DNA of 64,000 bases from an uncultured Bryobacterales bacterium (GTDB lineage Bacteria; Acidobacteriota; Terriglobia; Bryobacterales; UBA6623): NCBI GenBank assembly GCA_958295955.1, contig OY282420.1, positions 45,714 to 109,713 on the forward strand, given 5' to 3'. The translations under genes were made by a program, and so were the position numbers. Below the pieces are notes generated by a model, which was not told the origin of the DNA, made no database searches, and worked only from the letters and a program-made list of their open reading frames with translations. This document shows, piece by piece, positions 9,801 through 17,421 of this stretch (position 1 is the first letter of the stretch; every line of letters begins with the position of its first letter).

Positions 9801-10839
9801 CGCTTACTGTACCGTTGCGGTCAACGGCGATCAAGTCTCTCTATTGCGTTATCTCTACGACCGCAACCCGAGGACGAGAGACCGGATATCGAGCGACCCC
9901 ATACGGATCGGAGCGGTTTCGATCGGCCCCATCGTCTTGGAGAACGATTTGTGTTCGCTCGATGTTACCGGCATGAAGGACGAGGTTGCGGGAAACGCCC
10001 GTTCGTTGTCCGCGCTCATCGGCTTCAAGCCGGCGTTCGCCGGCCCTTTTTCCGTGGCGGTGGGGACGACCGGTAGCACAGTCGTGCGCGGCTCCTGGCA
10101 TCCCGGCGACCCCGGAGGCGGGCCGTGGATCGTGGAACCCGTGAACGCGGCAAGCTTGATCTCCTTTTTCGGTCGGTTCTCGCCCGGCAATGTCGTAACG
10201 ATCTTCGGCAACGGCTTGGGACCGGAAACAACGGCTGAAGCGACTCCGGACAGCTACGGGGACATGCCCAAAGAGCTTGCGGGAACCCGCTTGCTGCTCG
10301 ACGAGCGGCCGATCCCCCTGCTCTCCGTCGGCGCGACGCGGATCGAAGCGGTGGCGCCCTTCGCCGCGAACAGATGGGCGCGCTGGAGGGTCGAGCGCAA
10401 CGGCGCACCGTCGAATACGATGGTTACGTTTGTTCGCGAGACGACCCCGGGACTGTTCGCCCTGGACGGTTCGGGAACGGGCCGGGCGCTGGCGGTCCAC
10501 CGAGCGGACGGCAGCCTCAACGGCCCGCAGAACCCGGCGGCCAAGGGCTCGATTCTCGATCTTTACGCTACCGGGCTGGGTCACACCGATCCGCCGAGCG
10601 TGGCCGGAAGGGTTGCCGCGGCGGACGCCCTGCCGGCGGTTCGAGCGCCCGTCAGCGTCATCGTCGGCAACCGCGCGGCGGAAGTGCTCTACGCCGGCGG
10701 AGCGCCCGGTCAGGCGGCCGGCATTACGCAGGTCACGGTGCGCATCGGCGAATCGACGCCAAGCGGCCCGTATATTCCGATTCGCTTGATCGTCGGCGAC
10801 GAGATCGCGCGGCAGGAGTTGACGATCGCGGTCGAGTGA
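6817..10839 (+). CDS. giant secreted multidomain protein: zincin metalloprotease-like domain, Ig/BACON-like beta domains, TIGR03437 (Solibacter) C-terminal domain
   Basis: The track ORF 6511-10839 overlaps the HEAT gene. In-frame ATG at 6817 gives MRNRNSS..LFICALACLLPVSAAAQA (signal). HEYGHSLALGH zinc motif at 7954-7986. CAWEARSGSAWIEIDPASASGIGSAQVAYKL..RSGVVLIG block (BACON/Ig-like). C-terminus PGLFALDGSGTGRALAVHRADGSLNGPQNPAAKGSILDLYATGLG...AGITQVTVRIG matches the Solibacter C-terminal domain pattern. Confidence 0.8.
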   Translation: MRNRNSSRHAQFFTRRIHAVTRRLLDAAPALFICALACLLPVSAAAQAQPETVDEAEAKVLEFGAELLARHGMTPRAPAKGAAPRAAALDTLELARGRAEALAALIQRNPGRALAAALPQETLDELRARSPQIAPYLEERGSWEGAAALYIADDVEKQQAIEFHILDTPDGSIEAYGIPRGAWTRNGDRVAVSGVSVRGRIAVQEARLMEPVAAAAPSSHYVYDTASNCDPTGEQKTAVFLVTRPGERKPLTAEAIRELTFGPERSLDRYVRTVSSGRAWLSGEVFEVEIGRGARTSPSYESFARLAAAAGLEDLGQFNRYAAIGYSLTSSPIFAGVSSLGCRSTPYPASYLLANIYDQARGGELQTDAMLVRLSELFIHEYGHSLALGHSRSILADGEILTAASDGMTISEYGDWYDPMGRGAESRSFNARQLLGLGWLDPDDIVTVEGEGTFTVKLLDDGSPADFPSALRVLRRAGTDEWLWIEALSDHSALEKYSFDGTWKPVVGDVEGALVRVENQELRGSRPESTHLLDFLPDDERIHNYELPVGKTWNDPYSSLSLTVESVSPSGLTVRVERTASCVQSVSPGAYAHTYLPQEGVFQVNAPADCAWEARSGSAWIEIDPASASGIGSAQVAYKLHQNTGYLRSRSGVVLIGRQSFVAVQNPYPSAFAKIAELSPGHGSGMSQTFRVVVPAPNKALAPEVNLVFRDGEGERVCSWDYAPIGSAFGRGRSRDDWGCALDLSRSQAAFADGKAVIDFHVVFNRNARGRLQVEAQTAFTNNGSVTVGSEYGTWLVGESADNSPPVIERFFAFSFDLPYFSIWAGDPDGLSDIADVSLDIRSADESKQCGVAYSFAEKRVTLWGASGVRQGASDGGPLENEYCTVFPSLVNVLRSFTGDIMFISVRDGAIVFSPDFAGPLTVHARVLDYGGMSDTADDDFTDSPRGFGPPALPGFVSPAVGSGDSQRFEWTLLHAEGGENAAYGELEFASASEDAYCTVAVNGDQVSLLRYLYDRNPRTRDRISSDPIRIGAVSIGPIVLENDLCSLDVTGMKDEVAGNARSLSALIGFKPAFAGPFSVAVGTTGSTVVRGSWHPGDPGGGPWIVEPVNAASLISFFGRFSPGNVVTIFGNGLGPETTAEATPDSYGDMPKELAGTRLLLDERPIPLLSVGATRIEAVAPFAANRWARWRVERNGAPSNTMVTFVRETTPGLFALDGSGTGRALAVHRADGSLNGPQNPAAKGSILDLYATGLGHTDPPSVAGRVAAADALPAVRAPVSVIVGNRAAEVLYAGGAPGQAAGITQVTVRIGESTPSGPYIPIRLIVGDEIARQELTIAVE

Positions 10840-10941
10840 AGAATACCGTTTTACGCGGGCGGTTGGATTGCGGAGTTGGGACACTGAGTTTGCGATAACC
10901 GCCGCTTGCGCGGCGCGAACCGCAGTACAATTGGCGCAGCC

Positions 10942-12168
10942 ATGAACCGCAGGACGTTTTTGCACTTGCCCGCGGCGGCCGCCGCCGCGAATTGCTTTGA
11001 GGCGCGCGCCGCCGCGTACAAAGGGCAGGCGAAAATCACCGACATCCAGGCGATGATGCTGCAAGGCCCGCGCACCTACACGCTGGTGAAGGTTTCCAGC
11101 GACCAGGGCGTTTACGGCATCGGCGAAGCTTACGGCTCTCCCGGCGCCGGCGTGAAAGAGCAGATACTGGCGCTCAAGCCGGAAATCCTGGGCGCCGACC
11201 CGCTGGAGATCGACAAGCTCTATACGCTGCTGGGCCGCCGCACCGACGGCTCCGCCCACATGCTGCTGCGCGCCGTGAGCGGCATCGAGATGGCTCTGTG
11301 GGACCTCGCCGGAAAACTGTTGGGAGTCCCGGCGGCGACGCTGTTGGGCGGGCATTTCCGCGACAAGGTGCGGGTGTACAACCACGGCGGCCCCGCAGAT
11401 TGGCTCGACCGATCGTCCTGCCGCGATTGGGCCCAAGAGCGCCGCGCAGACCCCGCCGGCTGGAACTGCTGCAAGTTCTCCCCCGCCCGCAGCGACCCGC
11501 AGTCCGACAAGGCGCGCGACGGCGCCAACCGCGTCCTGACAACGCGGGAGTTGCGCGCAATTCGCCAAGGCTTCGAGAACTGCCGCGACGCGCTCGGGTG
11601 GGACTACGACATCATCGTTCACTGCCACTGGGAGTACGATCTACGCACTTCGATTCAGCTTGCCGAAGCCATCGAGCCGATTCAGCCGCTTTATCTCGAA
11701 GACCCCATGCCGCCCGACTATTCCGAAAGTTGGCGGCGGCTGTGCGCCGCCTCCAATGTGCCCATCGGCAAAGGCGAGAACCTGGCCCGCCGACACGGCT
11801 TCAAGGATTTCATCGTCAACAGCGCCGTCGATCTGCTGAACCCCGATTTGCGCAACACCGGCGGCCTGCTCGAAACCAAAAAGATCGCCGATCTGGCCGA
11901 CCTGTTCTATATCCCGTTGTGCAACCACAACACCGGCTCGGCGGTTTGCACCATGGCGACCGTGCAATGGGCCGCCGCGGTGCGCGACTACATGGTGTGC
12001 GAGACGGTTGTCGGCAAGGGCGATTGGATGGATGACGTGGTCGTGCATGACGGGCCTCTGGTGCGCGCCGGCTTCATCGCAGTGCCGGAGAAACCCGGCC
12101 TGGGCATCGAACTCGACCCCGATGTCGTCAAGGCGCATCTGGCCGCGGGGGAAAGCTATTGGGTCTAA
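10942..12168 (+). CDS. enolase-superfamily dehydratase (mandelate racemase/muconate lactonizing family, galactonate-dehydratase-like) with Tat-type signal
   Basis: ATG 10942 gives MNRRTFLHLPAAAAAANCFEARAAA. KITDIQAMML..VKVSSDQGVYGIGEAYG capping domain. HWEYD, LEDP and ENL barrel blocks. Confidence 0.75.
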   Translation: MNRRTFLHLPAAAAAANCFEARAAAYKGQAKITDIQAMMLQGPRTYTLVKVSSDQGVYGIGEAYGSPGAGVKEQILALKPEILGADPLEIDKLYTLLGRRTDGSAHMLLRAVSGIEMALWDLAGKLLGVPAATLLGGHFRDKVRVYNHGGPADWLDRSSCRDWAQERRADPAGWNCCKFSPARSDPQSDKARDGANRVLTTRELRAIRQGFENCRDALGWDYDIIVHCHWEYDLRTSIQLAEAIEPIQPLYLEDPMPPDYSESWRRLCAASNVPIGKGENLARRHGFKDFIVNSAVDLLNPDLRNTGGLLETKKIADLADLFYIPLCNHNTGSAVCTMATVQWAAAVRDYMVCETVVGKGDWMDDVVVHDGPLVRAGFIAVPEKPGLGIELDPDVVKAHLAAGESYWV

Positions 12169-12171
12169 GCT

Positions 12172-12549
12172 CTACCACTCGTTATAAGGCGTGCCCGAGC
12201 GCGAGGTCTTGTCCGACCCGCTTTTCACGTCGAACAATCCGGATTCGCCCGTAGGGCCGGTTTCGACGATAAGCTCCCAGCTATCCCGCGCCTCAGTGAA
12301 CGGGTCGATCGGAACATCGCGCAAGTATCCCTCGGCAACCAGTTCGTCAAGTGATTGCGGCGGCGCTTCCTTGTCGTAGGTGTACTGGTCGATGACCGAC
12401 CGCAAGGTGAAGAGATTGGAGCGCAGCACGCTCTCCTTGGCGGCAACCAGAGCCGACGAATAAAAGGGGATGGCGATCGCCAGAATCGTTACGATGATGG
12501 CCATGACGACCATCATTTCGACAAGCGTAAATCCGCGGCGGCCGGTCAT
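12172..12549 (-). CDS. GspG-like type II secretion pseudopilin (prepilin-type N-terminal methylation domain)
   Basis: MTGRRG|FTLVEMMVVMAIIVTILAIAIP prepilin cleavage/methylation motif. C-terminal GTPYNEW. Start set at the ATG 6 nt after the upstream gene's stop (the track ORF extends to 12681). Confidence 0.8.
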   Translation of the reverse strand: MTGRRGFTLVEMMVVMAIIVTILAIAIPFYSSALVAAKESVLRSNLFTLRSVIDQYTYDKEAPPQSLDELVAEGYLRDVPIDPFTEARDSWELIVETGPTGESGLFDVKSGSDKTSRSGTPYNEW

Positions 12550-12557
12550 GGCAAGGC

Positions 12558-13301
12558 TTACCATTGGTTGTACGGCGTGCCGTCGAGCGCCGGTTCGTAG
12601 CTCAGCGAAAAGACATCGAACACGTTGCCTCCGCCCCAGTTCATCGCTTGCGGGTCGTCGGACATCGAGCGCATCCCCCATTCCGCTCTGCCGGTAATGG
12701 GGTCCACCGGGATTTTGCGCAGAAAGCGGATCTTTTTCGGGGCGTCCTCGCTATCCAAAGGGTCCGTCATGCCGTCGTCCGCGCCGAATGCGGAAGAGCG
12801 GCTTGCGGATGCCGATCCGAAGCCCGAGGCGCCGCCGCCAAACGGCGAATTGCCGCCGAATCCGCCTCGTTGGTTGCGGTTCCGATTCGTCCCCATGCTC
12901 TGCGACTGCGGCAGGCCGGGATTGCCGCCGAGTCCCTGCAACCCCGATTGCTCTGCGAGGTCGATGCCTTCGACGAGTACTTCCAGACTTTCGGGGTAGC
13001 CGTGATCGTCGGGGTCGAGTTGACCGAGCTTTCCGGCATCGGCCATGTCCTTGTACTGGTCGATGGCCCGGCGCATGACGTGCAGCGCTTCCCGCAGACG
13101 GCGTTCTTTCTCGCGTTGAACCTTGACGCGGGCGACCGGCAGAGCCATCAGCGAGAGGATCAGCAGCAGCGTAAAGGCGACGACGAGCTCGATGAGCGTC
13201 AAGCCGGCGTTCCCGGCGCGCGGCGCAAGACGGGACGCCAAGCGGCGGGTCGACCGCGGCGCGGCGCGGCGCGGGCCGTTGTCGGGGACTGCAATCGCCA
13301 C
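12558..13301 (-). CDS. pseudopilin-like protein (prepilin N-terminal domain) with internal Gly/Ser/Asn-rich low-complexity insert
   Basis: AGNAG|LTLIELVVAFTLLLILSLMALP prepilin motif. GspG-like core (RRAIDQYK..GYPESLEVLVEG). About 60 aa of GGNPGLPQSQSMGTNRNRNQRGGFGGNSPFGGGASGFGSAS. Ends GTPYNQW like its neighbour. Confidence 0.7.
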   Translation of the reverse strand: MAIAVPDNGPRRAAPRSTRRLASRLAPRAGNAGLTLIELVVAFTLLLILSLMALPVARVKVQREKERRLREALHVMRRAIDQYKDMADAGKLGQLDPDDHGYPESLEVLVEGIDLAEQSGLQGLGGNPGLPQSQSMGTNRNRNQRGGFGGNSPFGGGASGFGSASASRSSAFGADDGMTDPLDSEDAPKKIRFLRKIPVDPITGRAEWGMRSMSDDPQAMNWGGGNVFDVFSLSYEPALDGTPYNQW

Positions 13302-13304
13302 GAG

Positions 13305-15755
13305 CTACTCCACGGTGAAATCGACGGCGAGCGCCGCTACGTTCAGCACTTCCGACTCGGCATTGCGCGGCCCGGTAGGCATGAAGCGCACCTTCGCCTG
13401 CCCCGCCGCCAGTCCCTTGAAGGTCAGCGTAATCAGTTCGCCGCTGCCGTCGGCGCCGCCCGTGCCCGGAAATCGGGAAATGTTTACGGCCGCCAAGCCG
13501 TTGCTCTGGCGGATATTCCGCGAAAAAATGATGTCGCTCGCGTCGTCGCCTTCGAGGAATGCGCCCTTGTCGATGCTGGTCAATTCGAGAAACCGGCGGT
13601 CGTACTGCACGCGCATCGGCATGCTGAAAAGCTGCGCGGCATTGTTGACGCCAAGCGTGACGGCGGCCGTCGCCCCGACCGCGATTGTTGGTTGGGCGGG
13701 GTTCAGGCTGAGGCGCAGCCCGGCGCCGGTCTCGGCGGCGGCAGCCGGCGCAGGAGGAGTCGGTTCCGCCGCCGGCGGCTCGGCAGGCTGAGGATCGACT
13801 GCAACGGGCGGAGCGACGGGCGGGACGGCCGGCGGAGCCGCCGCAGGCCGCTCTGCCGCGGACTCGCCGGCCGGCGTTGGAGCGGCTTGCGGCGCCACTA
13901 TTTCTTCCTGCTCGAGATTGACTAACGGCGGGAGAGCCGGCTTGCCGTTTTTCTCGGGCTCATGACGCACCTGGAATACCTGGTCCGTGCCCGAGGCGAC
14001 TGCCCGCAGGTTGGATGGATCGATGCCGGGCATGCGCACAATGTGCGGAATCAGCACCAGCAGTATCTCGCTTTCCGAGCGCCTAACCTCCTCCTCGCTG
14101 AACAGACGCCCGACGATCGGGATCTCGCCAAGAAACGGAACGCCGGCTTTGGTCTTGAAAAGCTGCGACTGATTCAATCCGCCGATGACATTGGCCTCGC
14201 CCTCGCGTATGCGAATATCGTGCTGAATCGTACGCTGGCCGATGACCGGCTGTGAAATCCCGCCGATATCTATGTAGTCGCGCACGTTCGAGATCTCGAT
14301 CTCAACATGCATCGAAACATCGCGGTTCGAATGAATCTTCGGGGTCAGCGCGATGTTGACGCCCACGTCGGTGTAGGTGAACTGGGTGTTGACCAGCGGA
14401 TTGATGCCGACGCCGCCCACGCCGGGTTGAAAGCTGCCGGTCGCAATCGGGATGCGGTCGCCGATGCGCAAGTCGGCCTTGTAGTTGTCGGCCGCGCGAA
14501 TCCGGGGCGATTGCAGCAGATTCGTGTCCGAGCTGTCGAACAGGGCGGATATTTGAAAACCGGGAAGGGCCGTCGACCAACTGCCTGAAGAAGCGGCATC
14601 GCGCAGCCGGTTGAGCGCAAGGGCGCCGCCGGCGGCGGCGCCCTCCGCGCCGGTGAAGGTGACGGGAAGCTTCAATCCTTTCTTGTTGCCGGCAAGCGGC
14701 GCAATGCCCAAGGTCCGATTGTTCGTTTTCGAGGTTTCCAGCACCAGAACGTCAATGATGACCTCCGGCCGCGGCTTATCGACATCGTGGATGATCTTTT
14801 CGGCGATCGCGATCCTGCCCCGGGGGCCGCGGAGGACGATTGCGTTCATCGAGCTGACGGGAAACATTTTGCGGATCTCGGTCAGACCGCGGATGGCGGT
14901 CGTGATTTCCTGAAGCTCCTGCGGCGTGGCGACGTTTGTCAGGTAAATCGTCTTGACGATCTCTTCCTGATAATCGCGCCGGTTGGTGGGGTTGTCGTCG
15001 GCGACGAAAATCGCGTTGTGGGTGATGGGCTTCCAAAATGCGCCCGCTCTCAGGGCGGCGTAATCGAGCGCTTCGTGCAGCGTCACGTTCTTGATTTCGA
15101 TCTCGATTTCTTCGTCGGTGAACTCGGAATCGAAAATCACATTGATCCCCGCCAGCTTGCCGATCGTTTCGAAAACAACCCGCGGTTTCTCGTTGAGCAT
15201 GATGTCGATCGGATCGCTGGAAAGGGGAACCAATTCGGCCGGTTTCATCAGAGAACCGATGCGCCGCGCCCGTTCGATGCGGTCGGCTTCGAGCGGACTG
15301 CCGGCCTTGTCGATATCGAAGCGGGCGCCCCCGTCCCTCGCTTTTTCCCGCTCTTCCAGAAATTCCAGCGTTCTCTGATGTTCCTGAGCGGCAACGCTTG
15401 AAGCCGGGTCGATCTCCAGGGCGCGCTGGAACTCGACCAAAGCCTCCTCCAGCAGCCCTTGTGCGCGGAGGTGATGGCCGGCGTCGACGTGCGTCTGTCC
15501 GGCGACAAACCGCAAGCGGCGAACGGCCAGGCTGTAGCCGTGATCCTTCGGCGCTTCCTTGCCCGCGAGTTCGTAGAGTCGGAGCGCCTCGTCGTAGTTT
15601 TTGGCGAGTTCAGCCTGGCGGCCTTCGTTGTAGAAGCCGCGGGCCTTCCTGTCCGAAGCCGCGGCCGGCTGGGCGGCGATGAAGGCGGCGGCGAACAGCG
15701 CGGCGAGCCTCGCCGGCGCGGTCGAACGTGCCATTCTAGGGAAGGGAATCCGCAT
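13305..15755 (-). CDS. secretin family outer-membrane channel (GspD/PilQ-like) with N-terminal TPR region and C-terminal cohesin-like domain
   Basis: Signal peptide plus TPR-like YNEGRQAELAKNYDEALRLYELA. Secretin core (NLLQSPRIRAADNYKADLRIGDRIP, GVPFLGEIPIVGRLF, EILLVLIPHIVR). Pro/Ala linker. C-terminal about 140 aa (LSLNPAQPTIAVGATAAVTLGVNNAAQLFSMPMRVQYD..GELITLTFKGLAAGQAKV) resembling cohesin/Ig modules. Confidence 0.8.
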   Translation of the reverse strand: MRIPFPRMARSTAPARLAALFAAAFIAAQPAAASDRKARGFYNEGRQAELAKNYDEALRLYELAGKEAPKDHGYSLAVRRLRFVAGQTHVDAGHHLRAQGLLEEALVEFQRALEIDPASSVAAQEHQRTLEFLEEREKARDGGARFDIDKAGSPLEADRIERARRIGSLMKPAELVPLSSDPIDIMLNEKPRVVFETIGKLAGINVIFDSEFTDEEIEIEIKNVTLHEALDYAALRAGAFWKPITHNAIFVADDNPTNRRDYQEEIVKTIYLTNVATPQELQEITTAIRGLTEIRKMFPVSSMNAIVLRGPRGRIAIAEKIIHDVDKPRPEVIIDVLVLETSKTNNRTLGIAPLAGNKKGLKLPVTFTGAEGAAAGGALALNRLRDAASSGSWSTALPGFQISALFDSSDTNLLQSPRIRAADNYKADLRIGDRIPIATGSFQPGVGGVGINPLVNTQFTYTDVGVNIALTPKIHSNRDVSMHVEIEISNVRDYIDIGGISQPVIGQRTIQHDIRIREGEANVIGGLNQSQLFKTKAGVPFLGEIPIVGRLFSEEEVRRSESEILLVLIPHIVRMPGIDPSNLRAVASGTDQVFQVRHEPEKNGKPALPPLVNLEQEEIVAPQAAPTPAGESAAERPAAAPPAVPPVAPPVAVDPQPAEPPAAEPTPPAPAAAAETGAGLRLSLNPAQPTIAVGATAAVTLGVNNAAQLFSMPMRVQYDRRFLELTSIDKGAFLEGDDASDIIFSRNIRQSNGLAAVNISRFPGTGGADGSGELITLTFKGLAAGQAKVRFMPTGPRNAESEVLNVAALAVDFTVE

Positions 15756-15782
15756 GATGCTCGTCCATATAAGGCTTGACGG

Positions 15783-16301
15783 ATGCGGCGCCCCGACCGT
15801 TTAGAGGAAATGGCGCAGGCGGACGGCATCAAGATACTGGCGGACAACCGGCGGGCGCGGCGTCTCTATCGCCTGAGCGATCCCTTCGAGGTCGGCATCG
15901 TGCTCTCGGGCGCCGAGGTCAAGTCATGCCGCGCCGGCAAGATTCAACTCACGGATGCCTACGCCGCCGTCAAGGACAACGAGTTGTGGCTCTTCAACGC
16001 CCACATCAGCCGCTACGGATACGCGCGGGACGATCTTCGCGAGCCGACGGTCCGCCGCAAGCTGCTGGCGCACCGCCGGCAAATCGACCGGCTTGCCGGG
16101 AAGGTCCGCGAAAAAAGCCTGACGCTGATTCCGACAAAGGTTTACCTTTCGAAAGGCCGCGTGAAGCTCGAAATCGCCTTGGCCAAGGGCAAGCAGCTTC
16201 ACGACAAGCGCGACGAAAAACGGAAGGCCATCGAGAAGGAAGAAGCGCGCGCCGCCGTCGGCCGGCGAGGCCGTGCGGGAAGCCTTCGGGAACTCGTGTA
16301 G
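15783..16301 (+). CDS. smpB: SsrA-binding protein SmpB
   Basis: LADNRRARRLY..FEVGIVLSGAEVKSCRAGKIQLTDAYA..NELWLFNAHISRY..REPTVRRKLLAHRRQIDRL..KSLTLIPTKVYLSKGRVKLEIALAKGKQLHDKR is canonical SmpB. Alternative start ATG 15810. Confidence 0.9.
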   Translation: MRRPDRLEEMAQADGIKILADNRRARRLYRLSDPFEVGIVLSGAEVKSCRAGKIQLTDAYAAVKDNELWLFNAHISRYGYARDDLREPTVRRKLLAHRRQIDRLAGKVREKSLTLIPTKVYLSKGRVKLEIALAKGKQLHDKRDEKRKAIEKEEARAAVGRRGRAGSLRELV

Positions 16302-16345
16302 CTGCAGAGCGCCGTCCGCATCCCGCTGCGTAGTAAGATACCGGC

Positions 16346-17359
16346 ATGATGCGTTTCGTCTTGGCCTTACTCCTCGCCGCCGGCATGGCGCCCGCCAAGG
16401 ATACGTTGGATATCTACTGGATCGACGTGGAAGGCGGCGCCGCCACGCTGATCGTCACCCCCGACAACGAGACGATTCTGATGGACGCGGGCTGGCCGGG
16501 CTTCGACGACCGCGACCCCAAACGCATTGTCAGCGTTCTCGAAAACGAAGTCGGCAAAAAGAAGCTGGACTATTTCATCGTCTCCCACTTTCATCGGGAC
16601 CACGTCGGCGGCTTGCCCGGGCTGGCGGCGCTGATTCCCATCGAGAAGTTTATCGACCACGGCGACAGCGTCGAAATCGGTTGGAACGAACGCGCCGACA
16701 CGCTCTGGAAAAGCTACCTCGCCGTTGCCGAGGGTAAGCGGATGCAAATCAGTCCCGGCGACCGCCTGCCCCTGAAGAATACCGAGTTCACCTTCGTTGC
16801 CGCGCGGAGCCGATTCATCGAACGGCCGCTTGTCGACCGCGGCCCCAACCCCGCCTGCCGCGACGCGAGCGCGAAAGCAGCCGATAGGGGAGAGAACGGC
16901 AAGAGCGTCGGATTCATGATTCGGATCGGCAAATTCGAATTTCTCGACCTCGGCGACCTGAGTTGGAACTTCGAGCTCGAAACTGCGTGCCCGGTGAACC
17001 TGTTCGGCGAAATCGACCTCTATCAGGTGACGCACCACGGCATGCACATGTCAGGCCCTCCGGCGCACATTGCCGCGATTCAGCCGCTGGTGGCCGTGAT
17101 GAACAACGGCCCGCGCAAGGGCGGGCGTCCGGAGACCTACGAGCTTTTGACCGCGACGCCTTCCCTCGAAGACTTGTGGCAGGTCCACCGCGCGGTCGAA
17201 AGCGATGCCGGCCGCAACACCGACGAAAGATTGACCGCGAATCTGGGCGAGACCGACCAATGCAAGGGGCACTGGCTGAAAGCGGCGGTGCGGCCCGACG
17301 GCGGCTTTTCCATTTTGAACAGCCGTAACGGCGTCTCCAGGTCTTACAACCCGCGTTGA
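16346..17359 (+). CDS. secreted MBL-fold metallo-hydrolase (ComEC-type beta-lactamase domain)
   Basis: Signal MMRFVLALLLAAGMAPA. IYWIDVEGGAATLI..ILMDAGW. HxHxDH motif in YFIVSHFHRDHVGG. Confidence 0.75.
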   Translation: MMRFVLALLLAAGMAPAKDTLDIYWIDVEGGAATLIVTPDNETILMDAGWPGFDDRDPKRIVSVLENEVGKKKLDYFIVSHFHRDHVGGLPGLAALIPIEKFIDHGDSVEIGWNERADTLWKSYLAVAEGKRMQISPGDRLPLKNTEFTFVAARSRFIERPLVDRGPNPACRDASAKAADRGENGKSVGFMIRIGKFEFLDLGDLSWNFELETACPVNLFGEIDLYQVTHHGMHMSGPPAHIAAIQPLVAVMNNGPRKGGRPETYELLTATPSLEDLWQVHRAVESDAGRNTDERLTANLGETDQCKGHWLKAAVRPDGGFSILNSRNGVSRSYNPR

Positions 17360-17362
17360 AAC

Positions 17363-17383
17363 GCGGAGCCGCAGGCGCTCCGC
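17363..17383 (+). terminator. candidate stem-loop after the MBL-hydrolase gene (GCGGAGC-N7-GCTCCGC), no U-tract
   Basis: 7-bp perfect inverted repeat read directly, starting 4 nt after the TGA at 17357-17359. Not followed by a T-run, so a weak call. Confidence 0.25.
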
Positions 17384-17421
17384 AAAGACCGGCGGTTCAG
17401 GCGCCTGACGGCTCTTTCCAC

